A DNA stretch of 64,000 nt from Gammaproteobacteria bacterium (GTDB lineage Bacteria; Pseudomonadota; Gammaproteobacteria; Natronospirales; DASSBR01). The position numbers and the translations under genes were made by a program. The notes under the pieces are model-generated. The model was given only the letters and a program-made list of their open reading frames with translations, had not been told where the DNA came from and searched no databases. This document shows, in pieces, positions 1 to 8,893 of the stretch. Position 1 is the first letter of the stretch, and every line of letters starts with the position of its first letter. The stretch covers positions 2,290 through 66,289 of the forward strand of contig DASSBR010000045.1 in NCBI GenBank assembly GCA_035698525.1, in the 5' to 3' direction.

Positions 1-3000
1 GCTGGTTTTGCCGCCCAGAACCAAATGCCGTTGCTCGATCGGCTGACCGAAACTGTTGTAGATCGTTTCACCGTGACCGCCAGCGACGCCACCAGCGCTG
101 ACATCGACGGTCACTGCGTAGGCGCCGTCGTCTCCACAGTTGGGACTGCATGACCCGTAAGTCCAATCGGTTTCGCTGCCATCCGGCCGTGCCTCTCTGG
201 TCTTGCGGCCGAAGTCGTCGTAAGTCCAACTCGTTGTATGGCCATTGACGTCGGTGATGCTTTGTCTGACGCCGAGAGCGCGGTTCCACGCTTGGCTGGT
301 TATCTGTCCCAGTGCATTGGTGACCGTTTCCGGAAAATCGTGCGCCGTGCCATAGCCGATGGTCGTGTGGCGGCCCGCTAACCCGCTGCCGGTGGCATCG
401 ACGCCGATTTTGTTGCCATAACCGCCGTAGGTGTAGGTTGTCGTCAGCGGAAGATCGCCGCCGTAGCCGACGGTGACGCTATCAGTGCGGCAGTAATTGG
501 TGTTGTTGACGTACTTGGTCTTCCGCGAAACCTGGCTCCGGGCAACGGTGACCTGCGTCGGCAGACCGAAGCACCAGTTGGCGCTGTCCTCGCTGTAATC
601 CGTGCCAATTGTCGTTTGATAATCCGGCCCGCCGCCGATCAAGGGATGGGTGATAATCGTCCGCTCCGTCAACTCTCCATAGGTGTTGTAGGTATTTGTT
701 GTCGTAACCCTCACGAGACCTGCGCCGTCGAGGTCATTGCGATTTTTGATCGCCTCGCCGACATAGGCAAACCACGCGTCGCTGTGTGTGGACGCGGAAC
801 CGTATGTTTCGAACTGGTTGCTGAGGGTAGTGTCGCTGAGAGTGGAACCATCGGACGCGGTTACCTTGACTTCAATCGGCATGCCGGCGGTCCGGTAATC
901 CTGCGAGTAATAAGTCGTCGTCTCGATGCCATTACGGCTGTCGCTGGCGGAGACCTCGGCAAAACCCAGAAAGCCGCGGCCCTGGACATTAAGCCGCGCG
1001 TCGGTGTAGTGATAGGTGATGGTGTAGTCGCCGGCAGGATCATTAGCGGCATATTTCGAGACGACGCTTAAAGGCCCCTGAATATCGATATCGGGAAATT
1101 CTGCGGGGATTATTGCGTCGTCTCCGGCTGTATAAACGCTGCCAGTAAGCAGCGCATATTCCGGGGCGAAATAGTTGCCCAGGCCGTCAGTGATGCGCGT
1201 CACGAGGTCAGGTGTGACGCCCTTGTGCAGACGGTAGTGCCAATTTCCGCCTGAAGCCCAGATGATGTCCGTCAAGCCGTCGCCATCAAAGTCGGCCGTC
1301 CGTATCACATCGGCATTGACCGGTGCGACCAGTGTTACCGTTCCGACCTTGTTCAAACTGATGCCGTCGGACAACAGGACATCCCAGATGTTGCTGTTGT
1401 CGCCCTCGGGCAGCAGGAGGTCGTCCTTGCCGTCGGCGTTGTAGTCCAGGATTAATGCGCTGGCGGTGCCTGTATAGCTCAGGCCGGTATCCGTCTCGAT
1501 TGCCCCGTTGTAGTCAAATGCCGTTTGAGCCGCTGTGCCAGGCATCGTGTAGAGGTTCGAGACATCATAGGCAGGTGGTTCTGGCTCAAGCCACACGGCA
1601 TCCGTAACGCCATCGCCATTGTAATTGAGCAAAATGGGGATGTTACCGTCGTTGCCTGAGACGTTGGCTTCATTGCCGAGCGTGCCGTTGCCGAGCAGGT
1701 AGGTCTCGTAAAACTTCTGATACCCGTGACAGGAGCCGAGCGGGAGATTACTGCAAAGTTGGATGCGGAACAGCATCCGGCGCCTGAGCGCGCCGCCCTT
1801 GAAATCGACAAACGCGCCGGCAAGCTGGCGGGGCGGCAAGTAGCCGTCGCCCAGAGTGTAGGTTGTGTCGCTGTTCAAGACAGCAGCCCCACCGAAACCG
1901 TTTGTGGAATTCAGCCGCCGGTGGAGCTTGTCATCGCTGTCGTTATAAACGAGATCGTCCAGCCCATCGCCATCAATATCGACCAAGTCATAACTGCCAT
2001 CATAGCCAGTATCGACTATGCCTGTGTCTTGTTTGGTAAAACCGCTGGCGCTGCCTTCAAGGATTCGCCAATAACCATAATATGGGACGATGAGGTCGGC
2101 GTTGTTGTCGCCGTTGTAACGCAGCGTTAGCGCGTGTTTATAGCCGATGGATTTAAAAGCAGTGGGGGTCGGTGATGAATCAAGCCCGCTGGCGGTGCCA
2201 AAGATAATGTTCCAGTTGCCGTCGTCTATTGGGTAGACGAGGTCGTCCCGTCCGTCGCCATTGACGTCCATTATGTGTACGTAACCAGGTGCAACCGCGA
2301 TTGGTCCGGGGTTGACGCTACCAAATCCTGACGTGCCGTTTTGCCAACTGATGGTAGTCGGCGGCAGGCAATCGCCCGGGCCACATTCTTTTACCTGCAT
2401 CAGCCTGCTGCGGTGCGTGGGGCTGCTGGTTTCGTAGGTGAGCGTGTATTGCTGGACCAGGCTTCCGTTGTAGTTGACCGTGATGCTGTGCAACCGCTGC
2501 GTTTGCTGGATACGGGTTCCGGCAACATAGCTGACAATGGCGTCGACCCCGGTGGGCAGGGCCTCGTAGGCGAACTCGACGGTGTGCGAGGGCGCAACCG
2601 AGCCGTGGCCTGTGTAGCTTACCTTCGTCGGGCGATAGTCACCGTTCGTGGCATCGTTGGCGTACTCGAAACTGATGAAATTGCCGTAGGGATCAGTGAT
2701 CTTATCCAGAACCCAGACCCGTACCGCCGAACCCGTCGCGTTGAAAACCCGGGCGTCCGCCGTTTTGCCGTATTCGTAGGTTTTGCCGTCTGGAGTCTCG
2801 ACAGTAAAGTACTGCGGACCAGTATCGGGCGTTGTCCCGGCGCCGCCCGACGTGTGCGATGTGATGCGGAAAAACTGCTCCCGCTCCGTGCGGTAAGTGG
2901 CGCCCTCGGCGCCATACGTACCGCTCTTCAGGCGAAGCTTGTTGCCGTCAAGGCAGAAACTGTCGCTGCTTGTGAACGTGACGACGCCCACTGTCCCATC

Positions 3001-3300
3001 CTCGGCAATGGTCTTGCCACATCGGGTAATGGCCGAAAAGCCGGCGAGCGACCACCCATACCCCGCCCAGCCGTTGCCGGCGCCACTACTGTAGGCCAGA
3101 CCGAGATGAGGAGTAAGACCGTTGATACCCGGAGGCAGGTTGATCGGAATGGAATAAGTCGCCGCCCCCGTTGGGGTAACGGCGAAATGGGCAGGAATGG
3201 CGCCCACCGCAGCCTCGGCCGGCCCGCTCGGGGCCAGCACCAGTCCGAGTAACAACGTTGACCCGCGAAAAATGCGGCCAATCGAGATCCTGATCCCCAT
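1..3300 (-). CDS. Secreted SpvB/TcdB/FG-GAP/RHS-repeat protein (polymorphic toxin / Tc-toxin B-C type), 5' part only; continues past the window start
   Basis: The minus frame is open from the ATG at 3300-3298 to position 1 (1100 codons). It is absent from the ORF track only because it has no in-window stop, and no other minus ORF is listed in that frame. My translation: MGIRISIGRIFRGSTLLLGLVLAPSGPAEAAVG (signal peptide), an SpvB-like N-terminus (TGAATYSIPINLPPGINGLTPHLGLAYSSGAGNGWAGYGWSL), Asp-rich FG-GAP/VCBS-like repeats (DVNGDGRDDLV, DIDGDGLDDLV, DYNADGKDDLL, DFDGDGLTDII), a TcdB-mid-like segment (NVQGRGFLGFAEV) and YD/RHS repeats (TSWTYDDFGRKTREARPDGSETDWTY). AAGGGA lies 8 nt upstream of the ATG. 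Confidence 0.8.
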   Translation of the reverse strand, partial: MGIRISIGRIFRGSTLLLGLVLAPSGPAEAAVGAIPAHFAVTPTGAATYSIPINLPPGINGLTPHLGLAYSSGAGNGWAGYGWSLAGFSAITRCGKTIAEDGTVGVVTFTSSDSFCLDGNKLRLKSGTYGAEGATYRTEREQFFRITSHTSGGAGTTPDTGPQYFTVETPDGKTYEYGKTADARVFNATGSAVRVWVLDKITDPYGNFISFEYANDATNGDYRPTKVSYTGHGSVAPSHTVEFAYEALPTGVDAIVSYVAGTRIQQTQRLHSITVNYNGSLVQQYTLTYETSSPTHRSRLMQVKECGPGDCLPPTTISWQNGTSGFGSVNPGPIAVAPGYVHIMDVNGDGRDDLVYPIDDGNWNIIFGTASGLDSSPTPTAFKSIGYKHALTLRYNGDNNADLIVPYYGYWRILEGSASGFTKQDTGIVDTGYDGSYDLVDIDGDGLDDLVYNDSDDKLHRRLNSTNGFGGAAVLNSDTTYTLGDGYLPPRQLAGAFVDFKGGALRRRMLFRIQLCSNLPLGSCHGYQKFYETYLLGNGTLGNEANVSGNDGNIPILLNYNGDGVTDAVWLEPEPPAYDVSNLYTMPGTAAQTAFDYNGAIETDTGLSYTGTASALILDYNADGKDDLLLPEGDNSNIWDVLLSDGISLNKVGTVTLVAPVNADVIRTADFDGDGLTDIIWASGGNWHYRLHKGVTPDLVTRITDGLGNYFAPEYALLTGSVYTAGDDAIIPAEFPDIDIQGPLSVVSKYAANDPAGDYTITYHYTDARLNVQGRGFLGFAEVSASDSRNGIETTTYYSQDYRTAGMPIEVKVTASDGSTLSDTTLSNQFETYGSASTHSDAWFAYVGEAIKNRNDLDGAGLVRVTTTNTYNTYGELTERTIITHPLIGGGPDYQTTIGTDYSEDSANWCFGLPTQVTVARSQVSRKTKYVNNTNYCRTDSVTVGYGGDLPLTTTYTYGGYGNKIGVDATGSGLAGRHTTIGYGTAHDFPETVTNALGQITSQAWNRALGVRQSITDVNGHTTSWTYDDFGRKTREARPDGSETDWTYGSCSPNCGDDGAYAVTVDVSAGGVAGGHGETIYNSFGQPIEQRHLVLGGKTS

Positions 3301-3383
3301 CGCCCCGATCCCTTTGCTTGGTTGTTATATCTAAACCTAGTCCGCCTTTCACATATTTTCAAGTCTTATTTGCGGCGACTCTT

Positions 3384-4427
3384 TCAGGACCGATTCGGTG
3401 CCCGCGCGCCAGCAGTCGCACCGCCTTTGCGGCGGCTCTTGCCGGCTAGGACGGTGGCGAGGCTTGCGGCGACGTCGGCGATGCCGTCCGCGGCGTGCAC
3501 TCGTGGCTTCCAGTCGAGCAGTTCCTGCGCCTTGCGGATGTCGGGGCGGCGGCGGGTGGGATCGTCGGTGGGCAGCGGCTCGAACACGATGGACGATGCG
3601 CTCCGCAGTTGCTTGAGGACCATCTTCGCGATGTCGAGGACGCTGTATTCCTCGGGATTGCCGAGGTTTAACGGGTGCGGGTAGTCGATCTGCATCAGCC
3701 GCGCGATGCCTTCGACGAGATCGGAGACGTGCTGTAGGCTGCGCGTCTGGGTGCCGTCGCCGTAGACGGTCAGCGGCTCGTCGGTCAGCGCCTGGCGGAC
3801 GAAGTTGGTGACGACGCGGCCGTCGTACGGGTCCATCCGCGCGCCGTAGGTGTTGAAGATGCGCACAACGCGCACCGGCAGGCCATGCTCGCGGTGGTAG
3901 CTCATCGTCATCGCTTCCGAATAGCGCTTGCCTTCGTCGTAGACGCTGCGCGGCCCGGTCGGATTGACGTTGCCCCAGTAACGCTCCGTCTGCGGGTGCT
4001 CCAGCGCGTCGCCGTACACTTCGCTGGTGCTGGCCAGCAGGAACTGCGCGCCATTGCGCCGCGTCAGTTCCAGCAAATGATGGGTGCCGATGCTGTTGGC
4101 GAGCAGCGTTTCCAGCGGCCAGCGCAGGTATTTGGGCGGCGAGGCGGGCGAGGCGAAGTGCATCACCCAGTCGATCTTCGCCTTGATTGCCAGCGGCTTC
4201 GTAATGTCGTGCTCGATGAATCGGAAACGCGGCTCGCGGTTCAGGTGGGCGATGTTGCCCGGGCGGCCGGTGATGAAGTTGTCGACGCCGATGACGCGGA
4301 AACCGTCATCGAGCAGGCGGTCGACCAGGTGGCTGCCGATGAACCCGGCAGCCCCGGCGACTAGTACCGTGTGCGGGCGCGCACCGGCGGAGGGGCCATC
4401 CTTGGCCCTCGATGAAATCACTCTCAT
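3384..4427 (-). CDS. UDP-glucuronate decarboxylase (UDP-xylose synthase-like extended SDR)
   Basis: Rossmann motif VLVAGAAGFIGSHL. YDEGKRYSEAMTMSYHREHGLPVRVVRIFNTYGARM closely resembles the UXS family signature. Start moved to the ATG at 4427 (MRVISS...), which has AAGGAAG 6 nt upstream; the track ORF start at 4475 is probably too long. Confidence 0.8.
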   Translation of the reverse strand: MRVISSRAKDGPSAGARPHTVLVAGAAGFIGSHLVDRLLDDGFRVIGVDNFITGRPGNIAHLNREPRFRFIEHDITKPLAIKAKIDWVMHFASPASPPKYLRWPLETLLANSIGTHHLLELTRRNGAQFLLASTSEVYGDALEHPQTERYWGNVNPTGPRSVYDEGKRYSEAMTMSYHREHGLPVRVVRIFNTYGARMDPYDGRVVTNFVRQALTDEPLTVYGDGTQTRSLQHVSDLVEGIARLMQIDYPHPLNLGNPEEYSVLDIAKMVLKQLRSASSIVFEPLPTDDPTRRRPDIRKAQELLDWKPRVHAADGIADVAASLATVLAGKSRRKGGATAGARAPNRS

Positions 4428-4647
4428 CGGCATCTTCCTTGCGCTGGCAGACTGCCGCGCGGTTCGACACTGCAAATCCCTTGCAACGTGGGTTCAATAT
4501 AGCATCTACCGGTCTCTGAACCTGCTGGGGTGGGTGCCTATAGAAAATGCCCGCAACCGCAGGCGCTTGCATCCGCTGGTGAATTAATTAACACTGATGT
4601 TGCGGAATCAGGGATCGAATTCCAAACAAAATGCAGGGAACGCGTAA

Positions 4648-5772
4648 ATGAAAAACATCCTTATAGCGGGTGGCGCCGGCTTCATCGGCTCACACCTCGC
4701 ATCGGAGTTGCTGTGTCACGGTTATCGCGTTCGCGTACTCGATAACCTGACCCCCCAGGTTCACGGGACCCAGATCGATGGGGGGCAGCGGCGCCCAACC
4801 TACCTTGACGATGACGTAGAACTCCGCGTCGGCGACGTGCGCGACCTCGCCACGGTGCGCGACGCGCTCGACGGCATCGACGGCGTGTTCCACCTGGCCG
4901 CGGCGGTCGGCGTCGGCCAGAGCATGTACCAGCTCGAGCACTACACGTCGACTAATAACGTCGGCACGGCGGTGTTGCTCGAAGCGCTGGCGCGCCAGCC
5001 GGTCAAGAAGCTCGTGGTCGCCTCGAGCATGAGCCTCTATGGCGAGGGCCTCTATCACGACGAGACCGGAGCCACCGTCATCGCGCGGCGCGATCGCGAA
5101 CAACTGGCGCAGCGCGATTGGGAACCGCACGGGCCCAACGGGGAATCGCTGACGCCGGCGCCGACACCGGAGTCCAAGTCGCCGGACCTGAGTTCGGTTT
5201 ACGCGCTGTCGAAGTTCGACCAGGAACGGCTCTGCCTGATGGTCGGCGAAGCCTATGGCATACCCGCGACGGCGTTGCGCTTCTTCAATGTTTACGGCCC
5301 CTACCAAGCGTTGTCGAACCCGTATACCGGCGTGCTGGCGATCTTCGCCTCGCGCTGTCTGAACGACAGCCCGCCGCTGATCTTCGAAGACGGCGAGCAG
5401 CGCCGGGACTTCGTCAGCGTCCGTGATATCGCGCGCGCATCGAGGCTCGCGTATGAGAGCGATGCCGCGGACGGCCAGGTCTTCAATATCGGCAGCGGGC
5501 AGGCATTCACAATTTGCGAGATCGCGCGGAAGATCGCCGCCGCGACCGGCAAGCCCGGTATCGAGCCGGAAATCACCGGCCGCTACCGCGTCGGTGATAT
5601 CCGTCATTGCTTCGCCGACATCACCCGCGCGCGCGAGACGTTCGGCTACGAACCCGAAGTCACGCTCGACGACGGCCTCGCCGAAATGGCGGCGTGGCTG
5701 GCGACCGCGCAGGCGGTAGACCGCGTCGCCGAAGCGAGCGCCGAACTGGTGTCGCGGGGGCTGACGCTATGA
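4648..5772 (+). CDS. NAD-dependent sugar-nucleotide epimerase/dehydratase (extended SDR)
   Basis: GGAGFIGSHL glycine-rich motif, YxxxK catalytic motif (YALSKFDQE), FFNVYGP. Divergent from the UXS-like gene. Confidence 0.8.
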   Translation: MKNILIAGGAGFIGSHLASELLCHGYRVRVLDNLTPQVHGTQIDGGQRRPTYLDDDVELRVGDVRDLATVRDALDGIDGVFHLAAAVGVGQSMYQLEHYTSTNNVGTAVLLEALARQPVKKLVVASSMSLYGEGLYHDETGATVIARRDREQLAQRDWEPHGPNGESLTPAPTPESKSPDLSSVYALSKFDQERLCLMVGEAYGIPATALRFFNVYGPYQALSNPYTGVLAIFASRCLNDSPPLIFEDGEQRRDFVSVRDIARASRLAYESDAADGQVFNIGSGQAFTICEIARKIAAATGKPGIEPEITGRYRVGDIRHCFADITRARETFGYEPEVTLDDGLAEMAAWLATAQAVDRVAEASAELVSRGLTL

Positions 5773-7769
5773 ACCGCCCCGACATCGGCGTGCTGGAGTG
5801 GTTCTGGCTGAACGATCACGAGCGCGTCGAAGCCGCGATCGCTGAAATTCGCAGGCTCAACATCCGCCACCTCCGCACCGGCCTGTCGTGGGCGGACTAC
5901 CTCACCGACGACGGCCCCGCGTGGTTCGACTGGCTGCTCCCGAAGCTGGCGAAGGAAGCCGAGTTGCTGCCCTGCTTCGTCTATACCCCGCCGTCGCTCG
6001 GCGAGGCGCCGGCCACCAATTCGCCGCCGCGCAATGCCAAGGACTACGCCGATTTTATGGATCTATGCATCGATCGCTACGGCAAGCACTTCGAAGCAGT
6101 CGAGTTGTGGAACGAGCCCAACAACCTGCGCCAGTGGGATTATGAACTCGACCCGCACTGGACCAAGTTTGCGGCGACGATCGGCGGCGCGGCCTATTGG
6201 GCGCGCAAGCGCGGCAAGCGCACAGTACTCGGCGGCATGTCGCCGATCGATCCGAACTGGCTCAACACGATGCGCGACCGCGGCGTGCTGGACCACATCG
6301 ACATCGTCGGCGTACACGGCTTTCCGGACAGCTACGACGTAAAACATCGGCCGTGGACCAGCCACTTGCGCCGCGTGCGCGAACAGCTCGCACATTACGG
6401 CCTTGGGGCGAAAGTCTGGGTCACGGAGGCCGGGTACCCAACCTGGCGCCACGATGACTTCCGCCAGCTCGAGGCGTTCGCGGACTTGCTTGCGCTGCCG
6501 GTCGAACGCGTTTACTGGTACGGACTGTCGGACCTGCCGGCGGAGCGCCCGTCCGACGCGGGCTTTCACACCGACCCGCGCGATTATCACTTCGGCATCA
6601 AGACGGCGAAGGGCCAGGACAAGCTGCTCGCCCGCTGCTGGGCCGAGCGCGGCGTGGAAGGCGTGCGGGCGATGGCGCGGTGGCCGGAAATCACCCTCGA
6701 ATCGAGCCAGGCGCCGGTGCTGATCACCGGCGGCGCCGGCTTCGTCGGCACGAACCTGGCGGCGCGGCTGGTCGGCGAGGGCCGGGCCGTGCGCATCCTG
6801 GACAACCTGTCGCGGCCGGGCGTGGAACGGAACCTCGAATGGTTGCGGCAGCGCTGCGGCAAGTCGGTCGAGTTCATCGCCGGCGACACCCGCAACACCC
6901 GCGTTGTCGACCGCGCCGTCGACGGCTGCACGCAGATATTCCACCTAGCCGCGCAGGTCGCCGTGACGACGAGCCTCGAAGACCCGCGCGCCGATTTCGA
7001 CGTCAACCTCGGCGGCACGCTGAACGTGCTCGAAGCGGCGCGTCGCCAGCCGCACCCGCCGGGCATCGTGTTTACTTCGACCAACAAGGTTTATGGCGAG
7101 CTGGGCGATGTAGCGCTCGACGAAGAACAGACCCGCTACTGCCCGCATGCGGCGCATATCGCGCGCGCCGGCATCGACGAAAGCCGCCCGCTCGACTTCC
7201 ATAGCCCGTACGGCTGCTCGAAAGGCGGCGCGGACCAGTACATCCTCGACTACGCGCGCTGCTACGGCCTGCCGACCGTCGTGTTTCGCATGAGTTGCAT
7301 TTATGGCCCGCACCAGTTCGGCACTGAGGATCAAGGCTGGGTCGCGCATTTTCTGATTCGCGCGCGCGACGGCCAGCCGATCACGATCTACGGCGACGGC
7401 AAACAGGTGCGCGACGTGTTGTTCGTCGAAGACCTCGTATCGGCGTTCCTGCTCGCGGAAAGCAACATTGCGAACCTCGCCGGACAGGCGTTCAACATCG
7501 GCGGCGGACCGAAAAACGCGATCAGCCTGCTGGAATTGATCGACGTGATCGAAGAGCTGCAGGGCGTAAAGCCGCGGCTCGACTTCGCCGGCTGGCGCAC
7601 CGGCGATCAGCCATGGTACGTCTCCGACACCACCCGCTTCGGCGCCGCCACCGGCTGGCGGCCGCGGGTCCGCATGCGCGACGGCATCGGCCGCCTGCAC
7701 GACTGGCTCGAAGGCGCCCGTTCCGGCGCGCGGACGCGGCAACGCCTGCGACAGGCCGTCGCCCCGTGA
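5769..7769 (+). CDS. Fusion protein: N-terminal clan GH-A (TIM-barrel) glycoside-hydrolase-like domain plus C-terminal SDR epimerase (CDP-paratose/tyvelose 2-epimerase-like)
   Basis: Start placed at the ATG at 5769 (MNRPDIGVLEWF...), which forms an ATGA overlap with the upstream stop; the Arg-rich extension from 5607 overlaps the previous gene. The N-terminal half carries the GH-A acid/base motif ELWNEPNN and the nucleophile motif VWVTEAGYP. The C-terminal half has VLITGGAGFVGTNL and SPYGCSKGGADQYILDY...MSCIYGPHQFGTEDQGWVAHF. No signal peptide. Confidence 0.7.
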   Translation: MNRPDIGVLEWFWLNDHERVEAAIAEIRRLNIRHLRTGLSWADYLTDDGPAWFDWLLPKLAKEAELLPCFVYTPPSLGEAPATNSPPRNAKDYADFMDLCIDRYGKHFEAVELWNEPNNLRQWDYELDPHWTKFAATIGGAAYWARKRGKRTVLGGMSPIDPNWLNTMRDRGVLDHIDIVGVHGFPDSYDVKHRPWTSHLRRVREQLAHYGLGAKVWVTEAGYPTWRHDDFRQLEAFADLLALPVERVYWYGLSDLPAERPSDAGFHTDPRDYHFGIKTAKGQDKLLARCWAERGVEGVRAMARWPEITLESSQAPVLITGGAGFVGTNLAARLVGEGRAVRILDNLSRPGVERNLEWLRQRCGKSVEFIAGDTRNTRVVDRAVDGCTQIFHLAAQVAVTTSLEDPRADFDVNLGGTLNVLEAARRQPHPPGIVFTSTNKVYGELGDVALDEEQTRYCPHAAHIARAGIDESRPLDFHSPYGCSKGGADQYILDYARCYGLPTVVFRMSCIYGPHQFGTEDQGWVAHFLIRARDGQPITIYGDGKQVRDVLFVEDLVSAFLLAESNIANLAGQAFNIGGGPKNAISLLELIDVIEELQGVKPRLDFAGWRTGDQPWYVSDTTRFGAATGWRPRVRMRDGIGRLHDWLEGARSGARTRQRLRQAVAP

Positions 7770-8893
7770 CGGCGGAGCGCGCCAGCATCCAGCGCGTGCT
7801 GATGACCGCCGACACCGTCGGCGGCATCTGGCAATACGCGCTGGAACTCGCACGTGGGTTGAGCGAGCATGGCGTGAACGTGGCGCTGGCGACGCTGGGC
7901 GAGCAGCCGAACGCTGAACAGCGGCACGCCGCGGAAGCGATTTCCGGTCTCACACTGCACACCAGCGACTGGCCGCTTGAATGGACGAACCCGCCGTCGG
8001 ACGAACTCGATCACGCCGGCGAATGGCTGCTCGGTATCACCGCCGACTTCAATCCCGACGTTGTGCATCTCAACAACTATTTCTATGGCGCGCTGCGCTG
8101 GCCCGCGCCGGTGATGGTCGTCGCGCATTCCTGCGTTTATTCATGGTTCGAGGCGGTGCACGGCGCGTTGCCGCCGGAAGAGAGCTGGGGGCGGTATCGA
8201 AAAGGCGTGGATCGCGGCATCAGCGGCGCGGACATGCTGGTCGCGCCGAGCGCGGCGATGCTCGCGTCGATGGAAAGATTCTACGGTCCGCTTCACAACA
8301 CCCGCGTCATTGCCAACGGCCGGCGCAGTGCAGAGTTCCGGCCGCGCAACAAGCGCGGGCGCATTCTCGCCGCCGGCCGGCTGTGGGACGAAGGCAAGAA
8401 TATCCTCGCCCTCGCCCGCGTCGCGCCGCGTCTCACCTGGCCAGTACGCCTGGTCGGCGACGTGCATCATCCGAGCGGCCGCCGCAGCCAGTTCACCAAT
8501 GTCGAGTGGATCGGCTCCGCCGGCAGCCGCCGCATTGCACGCGAGTACGCGTCGGCAGGCATCTATGCCCTGCCCGCGCGCTACGAGCCGTTCGGCCTGA
8601 GCATCCTGGAAGCGGCGCTCGCCGGCTGCCCACTGGTGCTCGGCGACATCCCGAGCCTGCGCGAAGTCTGGGGCCGCGCCGCGTTGTACGTGAAACCGGA
8701 CGATGAACGGGGCCTGGCGAACACGCTGAACAACCTGATCGACAGCCCGATGGAACGCCAGTCATGGGGCGTGCGGGCGCGGCATCGCGCACGCCGCTAC
8801 AGCGCGGCGCGCATGACCAAGGGCTACCTGCAAGCATACGGCGATCTGCTTGACGCGCGCGAAACCAACCGGCGCATGGAGGTTTTTGGTTGA
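7766..8893 (+). CDS. Glycosyltransferase family 4 (GT-B)
   Basis: In-frame GTG at 7766 forms a GTGA overlap with the upstream stop (an alternative ATG lies about 36 nt downstream). TADTVGGIWQY N-terminus; E-x7-E-type C-terminal motif YEPFGLSILEAALAGCPLV. Confidence 0.75.
   Translation: MTAERASIQRVLMTADTVGGIWQYALELARGLSEHGVNVALATLGEQPNAEQRHAAEAISGLTLHTSDWPLEWTNPPSDELDHAGEWLLGITADFNPDVVHLNNYFYGALRWPAPVMVVAHSCVYSWFEAVHGALPPEESWGRYRKGVDRGISGADMLVAPSAAMLASMERFYGPLHNTRVIANGRRSAEFRPRNKRGRILAAGRLWDEGKNILALARVAPRLTWPVRLVGDVHHPSGRRSQFTNVEWIGSAGSRRIAREYASAGIYALPARYEPFGLSILEAALAGCPLVLGDIPSLREVWGRAALYVKPDDERGLANTLNNLIDSPMERQSWGVRARHRARRYSAARMTKGYLQAYGDLLDARETNRRMEVFG

Noticed and set aside
616-3252. Several plus- and minus-strand ORFs of 60-300 aa listed for 1-3300 (e.g. 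2341-3252 +, 616-1071 +, 1726-2130 +)
   Set aside because: All overlap the single open-ended minus-strand frame, which encodes recognisable SpvB/FG-GAP/TcdB/RHS sequence; none has motifs of its own.
5607-5768. N-terminal 54-aa Arg-rich extension of the GH::epimerase ORF
   Set aside because: It overlaps the 3' end of the preceding epimerase gene in another frame. The ATG at 5769 gives an ATGA coupling junction, and the conserved sequence starts there.
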